A stretch of 46,168 nucleotides of DNA from NCBI GenBank assembly GCA_964548425.1, contig CAZJRL010000001.1, positions 1 to 46,168 on the forward strand. Direction: 5' to 3'. Position 1 is the stretch's first letter; every line of letters begins with the position of its first letter. Of the stretch, positions 38,247 to 46,168 are shown in pieces. Position numbers and translations under genes: made by a program. The notes beneath the pieces are model-generated. The model ran no database searches, was not told where the DNA came from, and worked only from the letters and a program-made list of their open reading frames with translations. This DNA is from an uncultured Zetaproteobacteria bacterium. GTDB lineage: Bacteria; Pseudomonadota; Zetaproteobacteria; Mariprofundales; Mariprofundaceae.

Positions 38247-38413
38247 TGAATTCCGGGGTAGCTGGATTGCTGGCTGCAATAGCGCAGATCAAGGCGCTGA
38301 TTGCCGCCAATAGCAGGGCTATTGGCAAAATAAGCAACGCGGATATGGGCCATTTCAGGCGCAATGCAGCCCGCCATGAACTGATCAGCATTTCCCTGAA
38401 GGCCCGAACATGA
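38246..38413 (+). CDS. hypothetical 55-aa protein filling the murG-murC gap
   Basis: MNSGVAGLLAAIAQIKALIAANSRAIGKISNADMGHFRRNAARHELISISLKART. Its ATG shares one nt with the murG TGA (tgATG), and its TGA overlaps the murC ATG (ATGA). I recognise no homology. Confidence 0.3.
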   Translation: MNSGVAGLLAAIAQIKALIAANSRAIGKISNADMGHFRRNAARHELISISLKART

Positions 38414-39792
38414 AACGCTGGGTAAAACACATACACTTCACCGGCATCGGCGGCATCGGCATGAGTGGTATTGCCGAACTGCTGCATAATCAGGGTTTTT
38501 CCGTACAGGGCTCGGATGCTGCCGACAGCGCCAATGTCAGACGGCTGCGTTCACTCGGCATGCATGTGTTTATCGGGCATCAGGCAGGTCAGTTGGGGCA
38601 GGCCCAGGTGGTGGTCGTATCTTCCGCGATTTCCGCTGATAATCCTGAATGGGTGGAGGCACGCGAGCGTGGCATTCCGGTGATCCCCCGTGCTGAAATG
38701 CTGGCGGAACTGATGCGCATGAAGCAGGGCATTGCCGTGGCCGGAAGTCATGGCAAGACCACCATTACATCGCTGATTGCGCATGGCATGGAAACTGCGG
38801 GACTGGATCCGACGTATGTCATCGGCGGCCGCCTGATCGCGGGCGGCGGGAATGCCCGGCTTGGCGACAGCCCGTGGCTGGTGGCCGAGGCGGATGAAAG
38901 TGACGGCTCGTTCCTGCTTCTTGCGCCAACCATTGCCGTCGTGAGCAATATTGACCCTGAACATCTTGATCATTATGGCGATTTTGAACACCTGATGGAT
39001 GCCTTCCGGCAATTCACTGCAAGTGTTCCTTTCTACGGGCGTGCGGTATTACACCATGAACATCCGAATGTCGCCCTGCTGCGGGATACCTTGCACAAGC
39101 CCGTGATTACCTATGGCCGCAGCCTTCAGGCAGACGTTCACCTGCTGGGAGCCCGTCAGGAACAGACAGGGCAAACGATCAGCATTGGCCTGGCGACAGG
39201 CGAAACACCGGGTGACTTCTTTCTTCCCATGCCGGGTATACACAATGCCGAAAATGCACTGGCGGCGATTGCCGTATTGCTGGAGCTGGATGTGGATGTG
39301 GAAACGATCCGCCGCTCACTGCAATCCTTTGAAGGTATTCAGAGGCGCTTCCAGTGTACACATCTGGGGCAAGGCATGTTGGTGGACGATTATGCGCATC
39401 ATCCTCGCGAGATTACGGTGACACTGGCAACAGCGCGCACATGCTGGCCCGAAGAGCCGTTACTGGTGCTGTTTCAGCCCCATCGGTATACCCGTAGCCG
39501 TGATTTAATGGATGAATTTCTGGGGGCATTTGATGAAGCCGCCGAGGTTGTGCTGTTGCCGATTTATGCCGCCAGTGAGCCGAAAATTGAAGGTATCAGC
39601 CACGAAGTTATGGCACAGGGCATGAAAAAACGGGGACATCGCAACGTGCGTTGCTGTACGGGTCTCGACGAGGCGCGGAATATTGCCGGCGAAGCGCTGG
39701 CATCGGGCAGGACAGTGATGTTGCTGGGGGCGGGTTCCATCGGTGCGCTGGGCACGGAATTGCGCGCAGAGGATTGGGAGAACGTAACATGA
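38410..39792 (+). CDS. murC: UDP-N-acetylmuramate--L-alanine ligase
   Basis: HIHFTGIGGIGMSGIAELL and VAGSHGKTT are present. An in-frame stop at 38377 excludes a longer N-terminus. Confidence 0.93.
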   Translation: MKRWVKHIHFTGIGGIGMSGIAELLHNQGFSVQGSDAADSANVRRLRSLGMHVFIGHQAGQLGQAQVVVVSSAISADNPEWVEARERGIPVIPRAEMLAELMRMKQGIAVAGSHGKTTITSLIAHGMETAGLDPTYVIGGRLIAGGGNARLGDSPWLVAEADESDGSFLLLAPTIAVVSNIDPEHLDHYGDFEHLMDAFRQFTASVPFYGRAVLHHEHPNVALLRDTLHKPVITYGRSLQADVHLLGARQEQTGQTISIGLATGETPGDFFLPMPGIHNAENALAAIAVLLELDVDVETIRRSLQSFEGIQRRFQCTHLGQGMLVDDYAHHPREITVTLATARTCWPEEPLLVLFQPHRYTRSRDLMDEFLGAFDEAAEVVLLPIYAASEPKIEGISHEVMAQGMKKRGHRNVRCCTGLDEARNIAGEALASGRTVMLLGAGSIGALGTELRAEDWENVT

Positions 39793-40682
39793 CGGCCTGG
39801 CACGTACAGTTGAAGGAATGGGGTGTTCTGTCTGAAAACGAACCGATGTCACGCCACACCACGCTGGGCGTGGGGGGAGAAGCGCGCTGGTATTTCAGAC
39901 CGGGAAACAGGGAAGGCGTGATGAATGCAGTGAAGCAAATTCCTGCCGATGTTCCGCTGTTGCCATTGGGACGTGGCAGTAATCTGCTGGTTCCCGATGC
40001 AGGGTTTGCCGGGCTGGTGATGGATTTGAGCCGTCTTTCCGACATTTCCATCCAGGAACGGCGGATTACGGCTGAAGCGGGAGCACGCATGAACAGATTG
40101 TCCCGGTGCAGCGCCGAAGCAGGTCTTGCCGGTCTGGAGTTTATGGCGACGGTTCCCGGTGACGTAGGTGGTGGTATTGTCATGAATGCAGGGGCTTTTG
40201 GCCAGCAGGTGTCCGATACGCTTCGATCTATCGAAATCGTGGAAATAAATGGCAAAAGTGAAATATTGGAGGTTGCAGCTTTGCATATGGCCTATCGTCA
40301 TACCTCTCTTCCGAAAGGTGCGCTGGTGTTATCGGCAAGTTTTGAACTTCAACCGGATGAACCCGAAGCGATTAAAGAACGTATGCGTGATATGCGCAGA
40401 AAACGGAGCTGCACCCAGCCACTGGAGAAGCCCAATTGCGGATCCGTATTCAAAAATCCCCCGCATGACCATGCTGCGCGCCTGATCGAAGCTGCGGGGC
40501 TGAAGGGTTTCCGCATCGGTGGGGCGTGCATATCGGGGAAACATGCCAATTTCATCGTCAATGAGGGGCAGGCCAGAAGCAGCGATGTCTGTGCGCTTAT
40601 CCGGCACGCTCAGCAAACGGTTGAACAGCGTTTTGGTATCAGGCTGGAACCGGAAGTACATGTGCCGGGGGAGCAACTGTGA
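39789..40682 (+). CDS. murB: UDP-N-acetylenolpyruvoylglucosamine reductase
   Basis: RHTTLGVGGEA (FAD-binding domain) and CGSVFKNP are present. ATG 39789 overlaps the murC stop (ATGA). Confidence 0.9.
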   Translation: MTAWHVQLKEWGVLSENEPMSRHTTLGVGGEARWYFRPGNREGVMNAVKQIPADVPLLPLGRGSNLLVPDAGFAGLVMDLSRLSDISIQERRITAEAGARMNRLSRCSAEAGLAGLEFMATVPGDVGGGIVMNAGAFGQQVSDTLRSIEIVEINGKSEILEVAALHMAYRHTSLPKGALVLSASFELQPDEPEAIKERMRDMRRKRSCTQPLEKPNCGSVFKNPPHDHAARLIEAAGLKGFRIGGACISGKHANFIVNEGQARSSDVCALIRHAQQTVEQRFGIRLEPEVHVPGEQL

Positions 40683-41590
40683 GCGGTGTTATGCCATGTG
40701 GACGGGTCGGTGTGCTGATGGGCGGTGTTTCCAGTGAGCGGGAGATTTCACTTAAATCCGGCAATGCGGTTGTAGAAGCGTTGCTGGCACGGAATATCGA
40801 GGCGATTGGCATTGATTTGCATGCGGACTGGATTGAACAGCTTCGCACAGCCTGTCTGCAAACCGCTTTCATTGCACTGCACGGGCGCTGGGGTGAGGAC
40901 GGATGTGTGCAGGGCTTGCTTGAAATCCTGCAAATTCCTTATACCGGTTCCGGCGTGATGGCGTCAGCTCTGTGTATGCATAAACAGTTATGCAAAGCTG
41001 TGCTGGAGAAGGCGGGGGTGAAAACACCCGTGGATATTCCGGTCAGGCAAGACGGACCGGTTCGCTATCCGGTGATGATTAAACCGGTGGCGGAAGGCTC
41101 CAGCGTTGGTCTGCATCGGGTGGAAAATGCGGATGAGTGGCGCAGTCTGGATCTTGATTGTTCCGGAGAATGGATGGCGGAGATGCCGGTGAAGGGTGTG
41201 GAAGTGGCGGTTTCCGTGCTGGGTGGCAAGGCGCTGCCGCCCGTGGAGGTTGTGCCGAAATCAGGCGTTTACGATTACGAGGCCAAGTATACACATGGTG
41301 CAACAGATTATTTTTGTCCGGCGAGACTACCGCCGGAAACGCTCCGCTTATGCATGCAGCGGGCCGAGCAGGCGGTGGCAGTAAGTATATGCCGGGGTGC
41401 GCCGCGCGTGGACATGATCGTCGCCGATGGCGGAGAGCCGGTTGTGCTGGAGGTGAACACGGTGCCCGGCATGACGGAAACCAGTCTGCTGCCGAAAGCG
41501 GCCCGGGCTGCGGGGATTGATTTTCCGGAGTTGTGTGTGCGCATGCTGGGTGCAGCCCGGCTGGATACGTCCGGGGGAGGACGATCATGA
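40679..41590 (+). CDS. ddl: D-alanine--D-alanine ligase
   Basis: VGVLMGGVSSEREISL and the ATP-grasp motif LEVNTVPGMT are present. GTG 40679 is preceded by GGGAG. ATG 40691 is an alternative start. Confidence 0.9.
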   Translation: MSGVMPCGRVGVLMGGVSSEREISLKSGNAVVEALLARNIEAIGIDLHADWIEQLRTACLQTAFIALHGRWGEDGCVQGLLEILQIPYTGSGVMASALCMHKQLCKAVLEKAGVKTPVDIPVRQDGPVRYPVMIKPVAEGSSVGLHRVENADEWRSLDLDCSGEWMAEMPVKGVEVAVSVLGGKALPPVEVVPKSGVYDYEAKYTHGATDYFCPARLPPETLRLCMQRAEQAVAVSICRGAPRVDMIVADGGEPVVLEVNTVPGMTETSLLPKAARAAGIDFPELCVRMLGAARLDTSGGGRS

Positions 41591-42342
41591 TTCGTCACAA
41601 TCGCAAACGCCGGACAACAGCCAAAAATCGTGTGCAGCACATGTTGAAACGTATGCAACATCTGTTTTCAGGCGTGGCGGGGTTGGCGTTCATTCTGGCC
41701 GCCGGTGTGTGGCTCAATCAGGCATGGTCCGTTGATACGTGGACGATTCATGGCGTACCCGAGCATCTGGAAACAGCGATTGATACGGAATTAAGCGCGA
41801 TGAAGTCGCTGGATTTCATTCATGCATGGCCATCCCGATTGCGCCGGGAACTCCTGATCCGCTTGCCTGATCTGGCGGACATGGAGATTGCACGCCGCCT
41901 GCCGGACAGACTGGAAATTACGGCAAGGGAAAGGGTTGCGGTGGCCTTGTGGCGTGGCCGGAATGGCAAGGTGTCGCTGGTGGATGGGCATGCCGTTCCT
42001 TATCGCGTATTGCGGCGTGGTGAACAACTGGATCTTCCCCTGATACGTACGCCCCGATCGGATCTTGATGATGCGGTGAAGTTGCTGCTGGCGGTGAAAC
42101 AGGAAAGCAAGCATCGCTATGCGTATCTGAGTGAACTGATCGGTGAGGGTGAAAGCTGGCGGATGAACTTCGAGCGGGGCCAGAGCTGGCTGTTGCCATC
42201 GGGGGTTGACAGCGTCCGGCGCATACCCGGGCTTATTGCGCTCATGCGGCAAAAACGCTGGCGCGGCGGAAGCTGGCGCATTGATGCACGTCTGCCTGCG
42301 CGCTGGTTTATTCGTAAATCAAAGATTGGAGGGGTGGTCTAA
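41587..42342 (+). CDS. ftsQ: cell division protein FtsQ
   Basis: The protein is bitopic (basic N-terminus, then TM segment GVAGLAFILAAGVWL) with a POTRA-like region. There is an ATGA overlap with ddl. Confidence 0.85.
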   Translation: MIRHNRKRRTTAKNRVQHMLKRMQHLFSGVAGLAFILAAGVWLNQAWSVDTWTIHGVPEHLETAIDTELSAMKSLDFIHAWPSRLRRELLIRLPDLADMEIARRLPDRLEITARERVAVALWRGRNGKVSLVDGHAVPYRVLRRGEQLDLPLIRTPRSDLDDAVKLLLAVKQESKHRYAYLSELIGEGESWRMNFERGQSWLLPSGVDSVRRIPGLIALMRQKRWRGGSWRIDARLPARWFIRKSKIGGVV

Positions 42343-43571
42343 TGGCCAGACATGATCAAATCCTTGTGGGGCTGGATATCGGGACCAGTAAAATTGCATG
42401 CGCGGTAGCGGAATCAGGGCCGGATGGCAGGCTGGATATTGTGGGTATCGGCACCCATCCGTCGCGTGGTCTGCGCAAGGGCGTGGTGGTGAATATCGAA
42501 AGCACCGTTGAATCCATACGCCTGGCCGTTGAGGAAGCGGAACTGATGGCGGGCATTGAGATTAAGTCCGTGTTCACCGGGATTGCCGGTAGTCATATCC
42601 GGGGTTACAACAGCCATGGCGTCGTCGCCATCAAGGGGGGCGAGGTGACGCCTGATGATGTGGATCGCGTGATTGATGCCGCCCGTGCCATGAATATTCC
42701 GGCGGATCAGAAAATTCTGCACATTCTGCCGCAGGAATACATTATCGATTCACAGGATGGCATCCGCGAACCGGTGGGCATGAGCGGGGTCCGTTTCGAG
42801 GCCAAGGTGCATATTGTGACCGGTGCGGTGTCATCAGCACAAAATATCATCAAATGTTGTAATCGTTGTGGTCTGGATGTTGCGGACATGGTTCTGGAAC
42901 AGGTGGCATCCAGTGAAGCCGTGCTGGCGCAGGATGAAAAGGATATCGGCGTGGCGCTGGTGGATATCGGGGGCGGTACGACAGACATCGCGGTCTTTAT
43001 CGATGGCGCCATACGTCACACAGCCGTTATTCCCATTGGTGGTGATCATTTAACCAATGATCTGGTAGTGGGCCTGCGTACCAGCGCCCGGGAAGCCGAC
43101 CAGCTCAAGAAGAAATACGGCGCCTGCATGGTGTCGCTGGTATCCCCGGAAGATCAGGTGGAGGTGCCCAGTGTTGGCGGCCGTCCACCACGGCCCATGC
43201 CACGGCAGGTGATGGCGCAGATTCTGGAACCACGCGTCGAGGAACTTTTTGAACTGGTGAAGGCCGAATTGCATCGCTCGGGTTTTCAGGAATTGGTCGC
43301 TGCCGGTCTGGTTTTGACCGGCGGCAGCAGTTTGCTGGATGGCATGGTCGAACTGGCCGAGGAGATATTCGACATGCCGGTCAGGCTTGGCCGGCCGAGT
43401 GGCGTGGGAGGGCTGGTGGATGTGGTATCCAGTCCTATTTATGCCACGGGTGTCGGTCTTATCCAGTACGGGCAACATTATCGGCAAACAGCTCCGGCAA
43501 GGGGAAAATCAGGCACGCCGGTATTTGCCCGCGTATGGGCGCGAATGCGCCACTGGTTCGGGGATGAATGA
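42342..43571 (+). CDS. ftsA: cell division protein FtsA
   Basis: It has an actin-like fold, with LDIGTSKI and VDIGGGTTDIAVF. Confidence 0.95.
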   Translation: MARHDQILVGLDIGTSKIACAVAESGPDGRLDIVGIGTHPSRGLRKGVVVNIESTVESIRLAVEEAELMAGIEIKSVFTGIAGSHIRGYNSHGVVAIKGGEVTPDDVDRVIDAARAMNIPADQKILHILPQEYIIDSQDGIREPVGMSGVRFEAKVHIVTGAVSSAQNIIKCCNRCGLDVADMVLEQVASSEAVLAQDEKDIGVALVDIGGGTTDIAVFIDGAIRHTAVIPIGGDHLTNDLVVGLRTSAREADQLKKKYGACMVSLVSPEDQVEVPSVGGRPPRPMPRQVMAQILEPRVEELFELVKAELHRSGFQELVAAGLVLTGGSSLLDGMVELAEEIFDMPVRLGRPSGVGGLVDVVSSPIYATGVGLIQYGQHYRQTAPARGKSGTPVFARVWARMRHWFGDE

Positions 43572-43646
43572 CATGAAAATAATACAGGAAGGTGTGATGA
43601 GGACGAAGGGCACAAGCGTGGAAAAAAACATTACAGGAGGTACATC

Positions 43647-44813
43647 ATGAGTACGTTATATACACTGGAGGATACGCTGGGGCAATCAGCCCGGCTCAAG
43701 GTGATTGGGATTGGCGGGGGCGGCGGAAACGCTCTGAATAATATGATTGACCAGCAACTGCGCGGTGTAGATTTTATCATTGCCAATACCGATGCGCAGG
43801 CCATCGAACACAGCAGTGCGGATACTAAAATTCAGCTTGGTGCGGAAATTACGCGTGGGCTTGGGGCGGGCGCTGATCCGCAGACGGGCAAGGTGGCGGC
43901 GGAAGCCGAGCGTGAGCGGTTGCGTGAATTGCTGGCGGATACGGATATGGCATTTATTACCGCCGGCATGGGCGGCGGTACGGGAACGGGCGGAGCGCCG
44001 GTGATTGCTGAAGTGGCCAAAGAGATGGGTGTGCTGACAGTTGCTGTTGTCACCAAGCCCTTCAATTTCGAGGGCAAGCGCCGTATGCGGCAGGCGGAAG
44101 CGGGTATTGCCGAACTGGGCAAGCATGTAGATACGCTGATTATTATTCCCAACCAGAAACTGATTGGTGCAGTCGGCAAACACACGACCATGCTGGAGGC
44201 ATTCCGCAAGGCGGATGATGTGTTGTTGCAAGCGGTGCGCGGCATTGCCGAACTGATTACCCATACCGGCTATATGAATGTGGATTTCGCTGATGTGAAG
44301 GCGGTGATGAGCGAAACAGCCGGTATGGCCATGATGGGCAGTGGTGTGGCCAGTGGTGAAAACCGGGCCTGTGAGGCCGCGGAACGGGCCATCTCTTCGC
44401 CGTTGCTGGAAGATGTGGATATCCATGGCGCCCGTGGCATCCTGGTTAATGTGACCGGCAATGAAGATATGACACTCGCCGAGTATGATGAAGCGGTCAG
44501 TATCATCCATAACATGGCGGATGAAGATGCCAATATTATCTGCGGCATGGTCTATGATCAGAATGCAGATGACGAGATGCGTGTTACCGTGGTGGCAACC
44601 GGGTTAACCAGCGAAGTTTCTCCCAGGCTTGCGGCCGTCAAGACCGGCTCCGACCGGGTATTGCCGGGGAAACCGATACTGCTGGGTACGGAGGCCTTGC
44701 AGACGGGGATGAGCGATGCTCAGGTGGCGCAGACGCCATTGTTCGGTCATAAAGATGTTTATGATGAAGATACGCTACAGGTGCCGACATGGATCCGGCG
44801 GCAGGCAGACTGA
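43647..44813 (+). CDS. ftsZ: cell division protein FtsZ
   Basis: GIGGGGGNA and the tubulin signature GMGGGTGTGGAP are present. The C-terminal peptide is LQVPTWIRRQ. AGGAGG precedes the ATG. Confidence 0.97.
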   Translation: MSTLYTLEDTLGQSARLKVIGIGGGGGNALNNMIDQQLRGVDFIIANTDAQAIEHSSADTKIQLGAEITRGLGAGADPQTGKVAAEAERERLRELLADTDMAFITAGMGGGTGTGGAPVIAEVAKEMGVLTVAVVTKPFNFEGKRRMRQAEAGIAELGKHVDTLIIIPNQKLIGAVGKHTTMLEAFRKADDVLLQAVRGIAELITHTGYMNVDFADVKAVMSETAGMAMMGSGVASGENRACEAAERAISSPLLEDVDIHGARGILVNVTGNEDMTLAEYDEAVSIIHNMADEDANIICGMVYDQNADDEMRVTVVATGLTSEVSPRLAAVKTGSDRVLPGKPILLGTEALQTGMSDAQVAQTPLFGHKDVYDEDTLQVPTWIRRQAD

Positions 44814-45001
44814 AAAAGAGACTCTAAAAAAACAGACTTTCCGGGATGGATGATTTGTGACAGTATGCGCTGCAATTCTTTGATAGATGAAGCGGGTTAG
44901 TGGTGCGATACATCACGCTTAATTGTGTTTGCAGACTAGCAGAGTGTGCGTAAGTTCAGATTGAACATCACTCTGGTGCGTCATTACGGGGAGGTAAATA
45001 C

Positions 45002-45913
45002 ATGGTGCCGCAAAGAACACTGCAGCATCCCATTCGCTGTAGTGGAATCGGGTTGCATTCCGGCCATAAAGTAGAGCTTTCATTGAGGCCGGCACCTGAA
45101 AATACAGGTATTGTATTTCACCGCATGGTTGACGGACAATGCGTGAAGATACCTGCGCGTGCCGAATATGTGACTGACACGCGTATGTGTACCACGCTGG
45201 GAAAAGATCATGTGCGTATTGCTACGGTAGAGCATTTGCTTTCGGCTATGGCCGGGCTTGGCATTGACAATGCGGTGGTTGAAGTCGGCGGATCCGAAGT
45301 GCCTATCATGGACGGATCATCCGCACCCTTTGTTTTTCTCATCCAGTGCGCGGGGATTCAGGAACAGTCTGCCCCCAAGAAAGTATTGCGCATCCTTAAA
45401 AAAGTCAGCATGCAGGAGGATGAAAAGCGTTGCGCCCTGTATCCGGCCGCCGGTTTCAGGGTGAGTTATATGCTCGATTATGACCATCCATTGTTGCGCA
45501 AACGAAAATCAAGTGTGGATTTCTCCAGTCAGGCCTATACCCGTGAAGTGGCGCGTGCGCGCACCTTCGGATTTTTACATGAAATTGAAGCATTACAGAA
45601 AGCCGGTCTGGCGCTGGGTGGGTCGCTTGAGAATGCGATTGTTCTGGATGCCTTTCGTGTAGTGAACGAAGGTGGGTTGCGTTACGAAGATGAATGCGTA
45701 CGCCATAAAATTCTGGATACGGTAGGGGATCTGGCACTGGCCGGGTATCCGGTGGTTGGTGCTTTTGAGGGCGAGCGAACCGGCCATGACATGAATCACC
45801 GTCTGGTCAAGGCGCTTCTGGCGGATACTTCCGCCTGGCGTATTGAGGAGTTAAAGGAAGACACGCTGGCCGATTCTCAGGAGACAGGCGAGGCGGTCGC
45901 GCAGGCCATCTGA
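45002..45913 (+). CDS. lpxC: UDP-3-O-acyl-N-acetylglucosamine deacetylase
   Basis: GIGLHSG, VEHLLSA and HKILDTVGDLAL are present. GGGGAGG precedes the ATG. The position after ftsZ is conserved. Confidence 0.95.
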   Translation: MVPQRTLQHPIRCSGIGLHSGHKVELSLRPAPENTGIVFHRMVDGQCVKIPARAEYVTDTRMCTTLGKDHVRIATVEHLLSAMAGLGIDNAVVEVGGSEVPIMDGSSAPFVFLIQCAGIQEQSAPKKVLRILKKVSMQEDEKRCALYPAAGFRVSYMLDYDHPLLRKRKSSVDFSSQAYTREVARARTFGFLHEIEALQKAGLALGGSLENAIVLDAFRVVNEGGLRYEDECVRHKILDTVGDLALAGYPVVGAFEGERTGHDMNHRLVKALLADTSAWRIEELKEDTLADSQETGEAVAQAI

Positions 45914-46168
45914 TTTCCTTCCCGGACTTACTCCGGCTGGCTTTTGATGGACTTAAAACAGGTTAACGCTGAAGGTGCCCCGTCATCTTGACACTTTAAT
46001 CGTGTAGCACTAAAACCATGCATAATCAAAAATGTCATAATCATGAAGTCGTGCTACACTTATCCTTATGGAGTCCTATGCCGGTGTTCATGGCGAGCGG
46101 TCGGAGGCGGCGTATGACCTGTTAACACTGGCGAAGACAACACGATCACGCAGTGGCGGACGGCGCTG

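Noticed and set aside
43686-44510. Long antisense ORFs opposite ftsZ (274 aa). The same pattern occurs opposite rsmH (27448..28179), murE (31352..32230), the glyS/fetB junction (16520..17149) and PpiD.
   Set aside because: All lie opposite genes with unmistakable conserved motifs. Their translations are Arg/His/Pro-rich nonsense. I consider them shadow ORFs.
46068-46168. An open frame at the window end, considered as a partial CDS feature.
   Set aside because: Only 33 codons are visible. There is no SD and no recognisable family signature. I mention it under findings but do not call it as a gene.

Overview
This is a chromosomal window from a Gram-negative, proteobacterial-type genome, and nearly all of it is housekeeping operons. 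From left to right: a truncated GDPD-family gene; a repeat-rich coiled-coil ORF; a Cyc2-like fused monoheme cytochrome-porin (candidate Fe(II) oxidase); an IS200/RAYT-type HUH transposase bracketed by a perfect 22-bp inverted repeat; a lipoprotein; trpEGDC (minus strand); tRNA-Ala(GGC); ppiD; an RsbW/RsbV-type partner-switching pair; ubiD; glyQS; a lone fetB-like permease; smc; a bcp-coaBC-dut-rrf2 operon (minus strand); ispH; two exported proteins of unknown function; and a complete dcw cluster (mraZ-rsmH-ftsL-ftsI-murE-murF-mraY-murD-ftsW-murG-murC-murB-ddl-ftsQ-ftsA-ftsZ) followed by lpxC. I found no CRISPR array, prophage, defence island or rRNA. The unusual content is non-coding and falls into three items. 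(1) A family of about 150-190-bp palindromic, MITE-like elements has about 33-nt terminal inverted repeats built from GGACGCRGA 9-mers. These elements fill the intercistronic gaps of the trp operon and recur elsewhere in the window. (2) A REP/REPIN-like element shares the GGGGTCAGGTCT core of the RAYT flanks and forms a perfect 31-bp-stem palindrome between ftsW and murG. It supplies the last codons and stop of ftsW and part of the predicted murG N-terminus. (3) A 55-codon ORF fits exactly between the murG stop and the murC start, overlapping both. A Zetaproteobacteria- or Gallionella-like iron oxidiser is a plausible source, judged only from the Cyc2-like gene, and I cannot verify it here. 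All protein family calls rest on motifs read by eye. No database search was run.
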